Below, one piece after another: positions 25,065-34,559 of a stretch of DNA of 64,000 bases (positions are counted from its first letter, which is position 1; each line of letters starts with the position of its first letter). The position numbers were made by a program, and so were the translations under genes. The notes under the pieces were generated by a model, which ran no database searches, was not told the DNA's origin, and was given only the letters and a program-made list of their open reading frames with translations. The DNA is taken from positions 1,037 through 65,036 of the IMG/VR virus record IMGVR_UViG_3300045988_180454; one strand, 5' to 3'. Source of the stretch: a virus.

Positions 25065-27654
25065 CACATTTGAGGTTCGTGACCAATACTTTACCGCTGG
25101 GTGGCCAGTAGTATTCCCAATTCCTGTGGGTAAAAAGTTTCCGCCACCAGGGGGCGTGACAGGAAAAGGTAATCAGCCAACCCATCAGGATGTCGAAAAA
25201 GTCTGGCAAAACAAACCTGCTAACTCCAATTTAGCGCTCCGTATGCGAAGCAACCACCCAGACTTTGACGTTATCGCCATTGATATTGACAACTACGGCG
25301 ATAAAGTCGGCTTACAAACCATAAAAAAATTAGAACAAGAGCTTGGTGAAGAGTTCCCTTGGTACGCTCCGTTTAGTACTCGTCGTGACCCACAAATTGG
25401 TACTGGTCAATACTTCTTTAAGGTACCGAAAGGCTTAGAGTTCCACGGGCAATTAGGCCCAGATATTGATATTATTCAAGATAATCACCGCTATTCTATG
25501 GTGTACCCGTCCGTAGTAGATGGTGACCAATATCAGTGGTATTACATGGGTAACCCCGCTCCTATTCCTCGCTTAGAGAGCCTGCCTTGGCTCCCTGAAC
25601 CTTGGCGAAACGTTGCCCTTAAAGGTGCCGCTCAGCCTGCAATTAGCACGGCAAAGGCTGTTACCAAAGGGGCACCTCGTGGGACAGAATACCGCGTAGC
25701 AATTAACTGGCTGCGCAACAACACATTCGGTTTTGGGGGTGACCAAAAATCCAGCCCTGAAATGCTAGCTCTTACCGGGCCTGATTTTGAAGAAGCCCTC
25801 ACCGGTGGTGCACATGACGCCATGCTCAAAGCGGTGTACAAAGCGCTTCATCTAGCTATGGATGGTAAGGCAGGACTCAAGCTTGCCCTTATGGAAATCC
25901 GTGACGCTTTTATTGAAGAGGTTTGTTTTAATCGCTCAGAAGGCCGGCGAGATCGGGAAACGGCCGAAGAAGAGTTCAAGCGCGCCGTTGTGAACGAGGT
26001 TGACAAACTCTCATCCCAAAAAGCAGAAGGCGAAAAGTTCCTGGTAGATACGGTAAAGGAAAACCCCTATCGCCTTGGCGCAACCAGCGAAGCAATCCTT
26101 GAAGGCCGAGACATCATCCTGGAGAAAGGTATTGACGCTCGGAACTTCCAGAACACAGATCGTTTCGTTGCTGAAACATTCATTAACTTCTGGCAAGGGG
26201 ATGTGTTGGCCACCCGGGATAAGGGAGGCCAAGAGTTCGTTGTTTGGAACCCTAAAACTCGTCGCTGTGAATGGAAAGCTCTAGAAGAGATGTACTTCTA
26301 CCTCTACGTGGCCACTTCTGAGCGGCTACGGTACGAGGGGCATAAATTACTTCAAGAATCTATCTACAAACAGGAACACGAACCGAACACCAAGAAGAAG
26401 CGGGGGGAAGTCCGAGAATCAGAAGAGCTGCAAAAGCAGGCTCAAGTCATCTTTAAGATCGCTGATTCAATCGAATCAACCACCAGAGCAAGCCGAATCC
26501 TGAAACAAGTTCACGCTATTTCTAAAGCTCAAACAAAGATTCAAGAGTTTAATGCTAAATGGAACCTGTTGGGTTTGCCGGGGGGTAAGGTTCTTGATTT
26601 TGACAAGCTTCGGGATAACCCAGAAGAGGCTATCCGCTTAGCAACAATGCAGGACAAGCTTACGCTTACTACCGCGGTAGAGTACAAGCCTCAAGCTCAA
26701 TCTGACGTGGTTGATAGCTGGATTACCCGGGTTGTTCCAGATATGAAGACTCGAAAGCTGCTGCAAAAGATCCTCGGCTACCAGCTGCTTGGTGGTAACC
26801 CAGAAAAGCTTTTTGTGGTGCTTGCTGGTCCCACCAACACCGGTAAAACAACGCTGGTTGAGGCTTGTGCAGCCGCTCTTGGTGAGTACGCAGGTATGTC
26901 TAATGCGCAGAAGATCCTTGGCTCAGATCGTGGCGGACCTTCACCTGAGCACATTACTGCTCTCAACTTCCGTATGCTTGGCTTCTCAGAGCTAGGCGAG
27001 GAGAACAATATTTCCTCCTCCGCTCTTAAGAGGCTCACCGGTAACGATACTCAACGGCACCGGAACCTGCACTCTAACGAGATGATCGAGGCACGTCCGG
27101 CCTATACCCCTATTGCTTCGCTCAACACTATTCCTACAATCCGGGGTGCTGACGACGCCTTAGCCAAGCGCATTATCGCTATCCCATTTGAGCAACAACT
27201 TCCATCCCGACAGGTTCCTTTTGAGGAAGATATTATCAAGAACCCTATCCATCAGGAAGCCTTGTTGGCTTGGATGGTTGAGGGCTTAAAGATGTATCTC
27301 ACAGAGGGTCTTGACCGGGAAGATATGCCTGAAGAGATCAAGGCAACCACGAAAGAGTTTAACGCCGGCGTTGATTTGCTCAATGAATTTAAGGACGAAG
27401 AACTCGTCCAAGAGGAAGGTTTGGAAGTAGAAGAATCCGCTCTTTGGGATCACTACGAAAAGTGGTGTAAGAAGTACAATGTCGACGCTAAAGATTATGG
27501 CAATCTTCGTAATTTCCGAAAGCGGTTCCGTGCTTTAGGCTTTAAAATCTTGCGGACAAAGCGTGCTGGAATCAACCGGTATTTCTATCGAGGATTAGGA
27601 ATCCAAGGACAGGATATTTCTGGTCCGGTGGTGCCGACAATAATGTCACGGTGA
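25057..27654 (+). CDS. bifunctional primase-polymerase / SF3-type helicase
   Basis: N-terminal AEP-like region with the metal-binding VIAIDIDNYGD motif. C-terminal Walker A VLAGPTNTGKTT. 865 aa. Confidence 0.8.
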   Translation: MLNTFEVRDQYFTAGWPVVFPIPVGKKFPPPGGVTGKGNQPTHQDVEKVWQNKPANSNLALRMRSNHPDFDVIAIDIDNYGDKVGLQTIKKLEQELGEEFPWYAPFSTRRDPQIGTGQYFFKVPKGLEFHGQLGPDIDIIQDNHRYSMVYPSVVDGDQYQWYYMGNPAPIPRLESLPWLPEPWRNVALKGAAQPAISTAKAVTKGAPRGTEYRVAINWLRNNTFGFGGDQKSSPEMLALTGPDFEEALTGGAHDAMLKAVYKALHLAMDGKAGLKLALMEIRDAFIEEVCFNRSEGRRDRETAEEEFKRAVVNEVDKLSSQKAEGEKFLVDTVKENPYRLGATSEAILEGRDIILEKGIDARNFQNTDRFVAETFINFWQGDVLATRDKGGQEFVVWNPKTRRCEWKALEEMYFYLYVATSERLRYEGHKLLQESIYKQEHEPNTKKKRGEVRESEELQKQAQVIFKIADSIESTTRASRILKQVHAISKAQTKIQEFNAKWNLLGLPGGKVLDFDKLRDNPEEAIRLATMQDKLTLTTAVEYKPQAQSDVVDSWITRVVPDMKTRKLLQKILGYQLLGGNPEKLFVVLAGPTNTGKTTLVEACAAALGEYAGMSNAQKILGSDRGGPSPEHITALNFRMLGFSELGEENNISSSALKRLTGNDTQRHRNLHSNEMIEARPAYTPIASLNTIPTIRGADDALAKRIIAIPFEQQLPSRQVPFEEDIIKNPIHQEALLAWMVEGLKMYLTEGLDREDMPEEIKATTKEFNAGVDLLNEFKDEELVQEEGLEVEESALWDHYEKWCKKYNVDAKDYGNLRNFRKRFRALGFKILRTKRAGINRYFYRGLGIQGQDISGPVVPTIMSR

Positions 27655-27682
27655 TGAAATTCAGTGATGTAAAGACATAGGA

Positions 27683-27706
27683 AAACCCCGGAGAAATCCG
27701 GGGTTC
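27683..27706. terminator. bidirectional hairpin terminator at the convergence of the two arms
   Basis: AACCCCGGA-GAAA-TCCGGGGTT. The T-run is on the minus-strand side (TTTTCC); the plus-strand side has a weaker tail. Confidence 0.7.
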
Positions 27707-27718
27707 AAGGGAGATTTT

Positions 27719-28180
27719 TTAGTCCTCCTTCTTCGCCTTGTTCTTCTTGATCGTCTCTCGTAGTGCTTCGACGGTTACCTTAGCGTCAGCTTTGGCGTCG
27801 ACATCGGGATGCGAAGCCGGACTAGGCGCCTGAGGCTTCGGCGGTTCCGAGGTTACGACAGCTTCCTTCACCACGTCTGCAACCGGAGGCGTGAGGGTGT
27901 GGGTAATTTCGTTTGCAGTTGCCTGGGAGAGACCGTTCTTGGTGAGCCGTGCAGCAATGGAAGCACCGATAGCCGCAACAGCGGTGGTGATAAGCGCACG
28001 GAAGTCAAACGTGTCACTAGCCGGTACAGTGGCTGCCAAGGCAACCAGACCAGAGATAACACCGCCTGCTAGGGAGTTAATGGTGTTGGCATAGCGCCGA
28101 TAGAACGGTTGGTTTTCGACGAACTCACCAATTGCATCACCGATGGTATTGTAAACCTCAGCATTATAATTCTTAGACAA
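27719..28180 (-). CDS. holin-like membrane protein
   Basis: Two hydrophobic helices (LAGGVISGLVALAATV and ALITTAVAAIGASIAA) and a charged tail. Immediately downstream of and overlapping the endolysin gene. Confidence 0.55.
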   Translation of the reverse strand: MSKNYNAEVYNTIGDAIGEFVENQPFYRRYANTINSLAGGVISGLVALAATVPASDTFDFRALITTAVAAIGASIAARLTKNGLSQATANEITHTLTPPVADVVKEAVVTSEPPKPQAPSPASHPDVDAKADAKVTVEALRETIKKNKAKKED

Positions 28181-29570
28181 GAGGGATTCCTAACTCTATC
28201 TTACGTTGACGAATAACCTTATCTGGGTCTTCGTCGAGGATCTTTAGTAGCTGACGAAGCATAGCCTCAATATGGAAGCTGCGCTCATCATTGAAAAGCA
28301 TATAGCTACTTGCAGGGAAACTCACATTTGGATTTACCCTGGAGGTGTAACTTTCGCTCAAAGCAATATCTCCTAAAATATCGTCACTGGATGAAACTTT
28401 GTTGGCGGAATACGCATAACCTTTTGGCGGAATGAGGGTTGCTAACTGCTCATGACTGATCCAATACTCGTATGGCCAAAAACCAGAATCTGCAATCGCG
28501 TAGTGCTTCACGCCGTTGTCAATGGCATAACCCACCACAGCAATATAGTGGTAAATTTCACCACCACCATAGCTAGGGGTGGTGCTGCCACGAGTACCAA
28601 TAGGATAGTTACTCGGTGGAGCAACGATATTGGCTATCGCTGCGTAGCCTGCGTCAATGGATCCGGTAATGTCTTCCCAAAGCTTCTGCTTCTGATTCCA
28701 TGTGGGCGGATCATTTGGCATATCGCTAAAGGTATAGTTGCCACCCTGAATCAGGCTATTGAGTACCGGGATAAACTGACCGATGTAATCGGTCCCGTTA
28801 AACGTGGTGTTTAACCACGTTGCTAGCTCGCTCTCGGCGTAAAGGATCTTCGTTGCCGTCCAAACAACAGTTTGTGTCGAGGCCGGACCACAATAATAAC
28901 CTGTGTCTTGAGGCAAATAGCCATGGTTATAGTCAAGAACTTTTTCTACATTTTTGGGCAAATATTCCTCCTCTGGCAACAAAGCGTCGCCGAAAATTAA
29001 AGCGTTATCGAACCGCATTTGGCGATCAGTAATCCCGTTGGTGCCACCATTTATCGCTTTTGTTGCAGCAATAAAGTTGTCGTAACGGTCAACGCCATTA
29101 AGGTTAGGATCGGCCGCACCATCTGCGTACTGGTTAAGCTTTGGCCTGGCCACCGTCCAGTACCAGACTGCACCTAAAAATCCGTATTCTTCACCCGAAA
29201 GCAGAGTGGGATTATCGACAAAGTAGGTGCTGGAAGGCACGTAGCCTTGGGCAAATGCCCATTGACTTAGGTTCTTGTAGTTTGCACGTCCAGTAATTTG
29301 GATTGGTCCACGTCCTTTGTAGCGAACCCCATCTCCTGGATACACATTGCCGAGGTCACCTCGCCACTCGTACTCTTCTCCTGAAGCGTATTCTTCCATC
29401 GCAGATAGTCCGACGGATTCGTGACCTAACTGAGCGCAAAACATTGCGGCTCTTGGTATCGTTGTGCAGCCGGCCTGAGCGAGAGCCTTGTTAAAAGCAG
29501 GCGTCAGCTTGCGGTATTCATCAACCGACATGGCCCAATTCATCACTCGGGCTAAAACTTCAGGCTGCAA
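28173..29570 (-). CDS. endolysin: GH19 glycosidase domain + Cys-peptidase-like domain
   Basis: GH19 signature-like GHESVG ... YKGRGPIQITGRANY. Central YYCGPAST candidate nucleophile Cys. Confidence 0.8.
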   Translation of the reverse strand: MQPEVLARVMNWAMSVDEYRKLTPAFNKALAQAGCTTIPRAAMFCAQLGHESVGLSAMEEYASGEEYEWRGDLGNVYPGDGVRYKGRGPIQITGRANYKNLSQWAFAQGYVPSSTYFVDNPTLLSGEEYGFLGAVWYWTVARPKLNQYADGAADPNLNGVDRYDNFIAATKAINGGTNGITDRQMRFDNALIFGDALLPEEEYLPKNVEKVLDYNHGYLPQDTGYYCGPASTQTVVWTATKILYAESELATWLNTTFNGTDYIGQFIPVLNSLIQGGNYTFSDMPNDPPTWNQKQKLWEDITGSIDAGYAAIANIVAPPSNYPIGTRGSTTPSYGGGEIYHYIAVVGYAIDNGVKHYAIADSGFWPYEYWISHEQLATLIPPKGYAYSANKVSSSDDILGDIALSESYTSRVNPNVSFPASSYMLFNDERSFHIEAMLRQLLKILDEDPDKVIRQRKIELGIPLV

Positions 29571-29572
29571 TT

Positions 29573-30607
29573 TTAAGGACGCCTCCTTAGACGTTTCTCA
29601 TAATCTGAATTATCTTTCATAATTTTATCATTTTCATCACGAGTTGTCGAATTGTTTTGAGCAGCTACTTTTGGAGTAAGAAGTACAGCAGTAAGCGCAT
29701 TGAGGTTGAGCCCCCCAAGCCAACTTCGATATTCATTTGATCGAACCCAAAGACGAACCGAATAACCAGGCTCAGGGATAACTATCGCCTCTACCAACTG
29801 CAAGGTAGCTGATACAGGTGCATGCATATGACAATCACGATGCTCTCGTTTTTCATCGCTCTTGTTATACACGGAGAGTTCAGCCCAGGTCATACGGTTA
29901 TTGTTTGGAACACCAAAACCTGTTGATGGGGTGTCTGTAGTGGCCCTGGCCGAGACCAACCAAGTCCCCGCTTCCTCAAAAACCACTCTGCGATTTGTTG
30001 CGTCCAACCTTGCACCTTTTGAGGGACCGAACTGCTGATTAAAAGGAATAAGCCGCTCAAGCTGTTGTGAGATAGGAATTCCTGTTCCGAAAAAGTCTTG
30101 AACTAAACCAAGAAACCCGCTGTTTGCAAAAATATTTGTATCACTAAAAACAGAAATATAACCGTCAGGAAGTAAGTCAAACCGGTTCCGAATATCAGCA
30201 TCAAGCGAGGATAATTGATTATTAAACCGCTCATTATTCGTCCGCATTTGCGCTTCAATATTTGGAATCGTTTCTGTCTCAACCTTGTGGATTTTTTGCC
30301 GATTCGCTGTAACATCTGCCCTGGTTGCATCAACTACTTTCGTTGTTTTATCAATATTATCATTTGCCTTAGTGACATTTGTCACAATCCCGCCGATAAG
30401 AGTATTAGAATCAGGCACTGCCTTTACAGTAAACGCGCCTGATTCAGCCTGCTTTTCAGCATCGGTGCGGGTATCCGGGGCAATGCCTCCTGGAGTGGTG
30501 ATAATGAGATCATCAGTATTGAGCTGAGTAGGGGACTGTTGTGCATGCTCGGCTGGAGAATCCCAGGTATCATTATTCCAGTGTGGATGGTTTATAATCT
30601 TCGCCAT
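29573..30607 (-). CDS. tail fibre / receptor-binding protein candidate
   Basis: Last structural-size ORF before the lysis genes. Coiled-coil middle and a beta-rich C-terminal domain. Confidence 0.45.
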   Translation of the reverse strand: MAKIINHPHWNNDTWDSPAEHAQQSPTQLNTDDLIITTPGGIAPDTRTDAEKQAESGAFTVKAVPDSNTLIGGIVTNVTKANDNIDKTTKVVDATRADVTANRQKIHKVETETIPNIEAQMRTNNERFNNQLSSLDADIRNRFDLLPDGYISVFSDTNIFANSGFLGLVQDFFGTGIPISQQLERLIPFNQQFGPSKGARLDATNRRVVFEEAGTWLVSARATTDTPSTGFGVPNNNRMTWAELSVYNKSDEKREHRDCHMHAPVSATLQLVEAIVIPEPGYSVRLWVRSNEYRSWLGGLNLNALTAVLLTPKVAAQNNSTTRDENDKIMKDNSDYEKRLRRRP

Positions 30608-30971
30608 CGTCTAATATCCCTTTCGTAATTTCTTCATCTAGATCATCTAGCATCTGCACCAATCTTTGCACCCGCGGATTCTCCTCAATCGCCGAAGCAG
30701 CAAGAGAGTTCCGCAGGACTCGAATGAGTTCAGAAGCAACCCGCTGCCAACGAACAAAATAGCGATTCGTTTCTTCCAGTTCTTCGCTTGCTTGTTTGAG
30801 CTGAACCAGCTCTTTTTCTAACGATTTATACGACTTGAAACCGGGCTTATTCACCTGAAATTTAATCCTCTGTCGGAGTACAGAAAGCAAAACTGTCAAA
30901 GCCAGTACTATACTGACTATCTGACCTGCTGTTGTTGAAGTATCTAGATGCCCGAAGTCAACCGGTATCAC
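30573..30971 (-). CDS. TM + coiled-coil protein
   Basis: GTG 30971 forms a GTGA overlap with the upstream stop. Hydrophobic segment IVSIVLALTVLLSVL, then a helical charged region. Confidence 0.5.
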   Translation of the reverse strand: MIPVDFGHLDTSTTAGQIVSIVLALTVLLSVLRQRIKFQVNKPGFKSYKSLEKELVQLKQASEELEETNRYFVRWQRVASELIRVLRNSLAASAIEENPRVQRLVQMLDDLDEEITKGILDDGEDYKPSTLE

Positions 30972-31393
30972 TGCACCCCCTCGAAAAACCACACTTGGGA
31001 AATTGTTACATGTAAAGCAGCGATGAACATTGCCAACAACCCAACTCCAAAAAAGAAGTTATAGGAAAGAAACATTCCGCCAACACACCATAGTAACCCA
31101 AAGACACCCCAAACACCAGCGCTAACTATGTGAGCTAGATTGACTTTCTGAAGAATCTTAGCCCGCCATGTGAGATAAGCAGCACAGACTGGGAAAATAA
31201 TATCCCAAATATCAATGCCAAAGAAGGAAGGCATGATGACAGGTATCGGACGAGGGATCGAAGTAAGCCCAATATGTGGATGAGCAGTCAAAAACATCAA
31301 TCCGAAGCCCAACATCATAAACGCCAAGATGTAAGAACAGCGTTGAAGCGCAGCAATAGTTGATTCTCCATGAAGGCCTTTTTGATTATCCAA
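30968..31393 (-). CDS. 4-TM integral membrane protein
   Basis: Four long hydrophobic segments in 141 aa. Confidence 0.55.
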   Translation of the reverse strand: MDNQKGLHGESTIAALQRCSYILAFMMLGFGLMFLTAHPHIGLTSIPRPIPVIMPSFFGIDIWDIIFPVCAAYLTWRAKILQKVNLAHIVSAGVWGVFGLLWCVGGMFLSYNFFFGVGLLAMFIAALHVTISQVWFFEGVQ

Positions 31394-31901
31394 GGACTAC
31401 TACAGCTCCGTTCGATTTCCGAATCTTTAACTTATTATCATGAAAATACATCACGCAACCGTTCGCTGGGGGTTGCGGTTCAGCTACGGATTCAAAATAA
31501 ACCGGAAGAGTAAACTTACCAGGCACCACTTCGGAACCCCCACCAAACAAGCTTTCGATGGTAACCCACCCACCACGGGTATAAAAGAAACCGGTTTTGG
31601 TTGGTTTATTAATTGCAAAGTAGCCATTGACTTCTTGATTTAGCGCCTTAAGCTGACGCGCCTGGGCTCGCAACTTCTCCATCGCTTGGAGGTCGGTAGG
31701 CTCATCAATAACGATGTCGGGACGAAGCGGCTTACCAGCCGGACCAGGGGGTCCCTGGTCACCCTTGGGACCAGTAGGAAGCGGAATATTAAGCTGATTA
31801 TCTTCCATCAAAAGCGCCATGCGGCCTGTCTTCAAGAAGTCTAAAGCATCGGCCTCGGTGGTAAACTCTAGCCGCGCCACTAAATCACGAACAGTTGCCA
31901 A
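31386..31901 (-). CDS. minor tail protein with a collagen-like G-X-Y stretch
   Basis: GPKGDQGPPGPAGKP triplet repeat. Lies in the tail module. Confidence 0.6.
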   Translation of the reverse strand: MATVRDLVARLEFTTEADALDFLKTGRMALLMEDNQLNIPLPTGPKGDQGPPGPAGKPLRPDIVIDEPTDLQAMEKLRAQARQLKALNQEVNGYFAINKPTKTGFFYTRGGWVTIESLFGGGSEVVPGKFTLPVYFESVAEPQPPANGCVMYFHDNKLKIRKSNGAVVVLG

Positions 31902-31912
31902 AATAATTCTCC

Positions 31913-33688
31913 TTAATCTGAGTTGAAAGCGGACTCGATTGCTCGGGTGAAGCGGGCATTAGCACGAGACTGAATGGCCCAGGGTTCTTCAGGACGATCT
32001 GTTTCACCCAATTTAATTTCAAAGCGAACCCCATTTGAACGATTAGAACTTAAGGTGATCTGTTTTACTCGCTCTGGAAATATCTTTCCGTCCGGGGACT
32101 CCCAAGCAACGGGATCAAGTACATCAAAGTCTTCAAAAATACGGAAAGGTAAAAAGCTAGCAGAATCCCCGGTAAAGTTCGCTGTCTTGTAACCCATTGC
32201 TGAATAGCGCTGCATACGCAGTGCTTGGGCTGCATTTGCACTATATGCGGTTGAGCCCTTTCCGCCGTAGTCCTCAAAGAGTGCGAAGTCGCCAAGGAAC
32301 TTCCGGTGCTCTTTGTCCTCTGCGCGCTGGTAAGCAAAAAAAATATCGTCCAACTTCCCGGTCAACCAGCTTAGAAATAAATCAAATGCCACACCGATAA
32401 GCTTTAACGCCTGTTGAATTAAGGTACGAACAATGAGCTTGATTCCCTGGTTTAAGAACTCGTTTGACTTACCACCCGTGATAGAGCTAGTGCTTGTTGG
32501 TGCATAAGCACTGATTTCAAATTGAGACCAATGCTGCTCACTATTGCGGAAAATTGGCCAAGTAACGTTGTACCGCCTACCATCTGTGCCAAAAAAGGAT
32601 TTAAGGAAATCCGTGTTTTCTGTCGCGTCAAGGCTAGGTGGCATGTCGTACCGTCCAAACAGCCCGCGCAAATAAACTCTCGCTGTTTCGGTGAGGTTAG
32701 ACCAAAAGTCACGATAGGTTGGATCCGTTCGAGACCGGTCTTTATCAATGAAATCAATGACCACGCAAGGGCGACTCAAAAACAATCCGGGCGGGGAAAT
32801 ATCTCGTCCAGGAACGAAAAAGTAAACATTGGGGAGGATATTATAATCTTTACAACATTCAGCACTAAGCTCTGCTAATGTATCCATTTGCGCCACAAGG
32901 GTAGTAAGTGGCGCAGTATCCGCTGTCTTTTTTGTTGGCACTACAACAACTGGATGCATAAAATCTTGAAGATTACGCCAATTGGCTTCATTTTCTTGAT
33001 ACTCATGAGCAGCAATTGCCTGGTCAAGATCAAAAATTAATCGCTTAGAGGGGACCTGCAAACGGAAAGCAGCCTTAATACAGTATTGTTTTATTAGCCA
33101 AATAGCCGGGCCTGAAGCCATATCTCGCTTAGGCACTTGAGATTTTAAAGCCATAAAAGGACTTGGCCACGCAAGCATGTATTTAAGCCAGATTTTGTCG
33201 TGGTCGCACTCTACTTTGAGTTCTGATTGCGGGCCAGAGCCTGACCAACCTACGCGAGAAACCCGACCTGTCCATGTCTTAATAATATAGCCGGCTCGGG
33301 AAACAATAAAGTGCACCAAGCAAACCTGAATATTGGTGCGAAGAAAGTGTTTAGCCCAAGAACTTGTACCCGCCAAAGTAAAGCTGCTTGCGTCGGTTGC
33401 GTCAACCTCTGAGGTCCAAGTCACATCCGCTTCTACATAATCTTCGACGTTACCAAGCCACCGTCCTTGTCCGTCCCGAATTTCAATCGTAAGCTTGTAT
33501 TCGTCTTCTCGCTCTTTGGCTGGGCGGTAAAATTCAGGAAGTTCCTCGAACCGTTCAGTTTCTCGCCAAGGCTCAGAGCCATAGTTAATAGGCAGTCCAC
33601 CACGGGCTTGCCCTGGCTGAAGATTTAAATAGCGATTATAATCTATGTCCACGAAATATACTCCGGTGTAAAGCTGAGGTAGGGCCAC
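31913..33688 (-). CDS. minor tail / baseplate (Tal-like) protein
   Basis: 591 aa. Second ORF downstream of the tape measure. Confidence 0.55.
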   Translation of the reverse strand: MALPQLYTGVYFVDIDYNRYLNLQPGQARGGLPINYGSEPWRETERFEELPEFYRPAKEREDEYKLTIEIRDGQGRWLGNVEDYVEADVTWTSEVDATDASSFTLAGTSSWAKHFLRTNIQVCLVHFIVSRAGYIIKTWTGRVSRVGWSGSGPQSELKVECDHDKIWLKYMLAWPSPFMALKSQVPKRDMASGPAIWLIKQYCIKAAFRLQVPSKRLIFDLDQAIAAHEYQENEANWRNLQDFMHPVVVVPTKKTADTAPLTTLVAQMDTLAELSAECCKDYNILPNVYFFVPGRDISPPGLFLSRPCVVIDFIDKDRSRTDPTYRDFWSNLTETARVYLRGLFGRYDMPPSLDATENTDFLKSFFGTDGRRYNVTWPIFRNSEQHWSQFEISAYAPTSTSSITGGKSNEFLNQGIKLIVRTLIQQALKLIGVAFDLFLSWLTGKLDDIFFAYQRAEDKEHRKFLGDFALFEDYGGKGSTAYSANAAQALRMQRYSAMGYKTANFTGDSASFLPFRIFEDFDVLDPVAWESPDGKIFPERVKQITLSSNRSNGVRFEIKLGETDRPEEPWAIQSRANARFTRAIESAFNSD

Positions 33689-34551
33689 TTACTCTTCGGC
33701 CGGTCATTGCCAACCTCATTAAGGTTACGAATTGTCACTTTGTTAATGGTTTGCGGCTCAAGACAGTATAAAGGACGATTGCCAACCATAGACGGCCAGA
33801 GATTTTCAATCCGTCCGTTTTTTCGCTTGCAGGTAAAAGATAACGCTTTCTGGTCATAGTCAAGTTTTGCCACGTCTCCATCCGCTAGATTTGGAGTTCG
33901 GAAGGTTGGTTGTTCATAACCTAAGGACAGTTCCCATTGTCCAAAACCAGGGAGGAATATTTCTGGGAAAACCTGGGGTGCTGTCGAAGGGTTGTAAAAG
34001 TGAGCCTTGTATACCCCACCCCCTTTTGGTTTCAAAACCTTCTTCTCTCGGAAACCATAGAAGTAAGGACTGTCCGAAGTCCACCCCCATTCTAGGGTAG
34101 TGACCCCTCGAAGTCCTGGGTCTTTGTCATAAGTTGCCGAACCTGCGTTTTCCGCTGCATAAGCGGAAAGATAACGATGCTCACCGGTGTTGGTAAAAAA
34201 CCACAGCCGACCAGGCGCACCTTCAGGATGGTTCAAGAACCAGCGATCCTTCGCTCGGCGCATCTCTTCTACGGAGTCGCCAAAAATATTGACGCTGCAC
34301 TTTAGGCTGCGACGAGTGGCCACCGAAGAAACAAAGCGAGAGCCTGGGGTGTTGGCGTCAGTATCATAACGAAACTCCCTTGTGGGAAATTCTAATCCAT
34401 CAATGCCATTTGCCAGTTCAACCCCTAGATTACGATGGTTGAATTTATCCCCAGAGATAAAGAACTTATCTCCGTTTATCCACTCTGTACCATCCCACCT
34501 CGGCGGACCCTGGTACACAATGATTACCGGAAGAAGATTCCTATGTGTCAA
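33643..34551 (-). CDS. distal tail (Dit-like) protein
   Basis: 302 aa. Directly downstream of the tape measure. Confidence 0.5.
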   Translation of the reverse strand: MTHRNLLPVIIVYQGPPRWDGTEWINGDKFFISGDKFNHRNLGVELANGIDGLEFPTREFRYDTDANTPGSRFVSSVATRRSLKCSVNIFGDSVEEMRRAKDRWFLNHPEGAPGRLWFFTNTGEHRYLSAYAAENAGSATYDKDPGLRGVTTLEWGWTSDSPYFYGFREKKVLKPKGGGVYKAHFYNPSTAPQVFPEIFLPGFGQWELSLGYEQPTFRTPNLADGDVAKLDYDQKALSFTCKRKNGRIENLWPSMVGNRPLYCLEPQTINKVTIRNLNEVGNDRPKSKWPYLSFTPEYISWT

Positions 34552-34559
34552 CCTTTATC

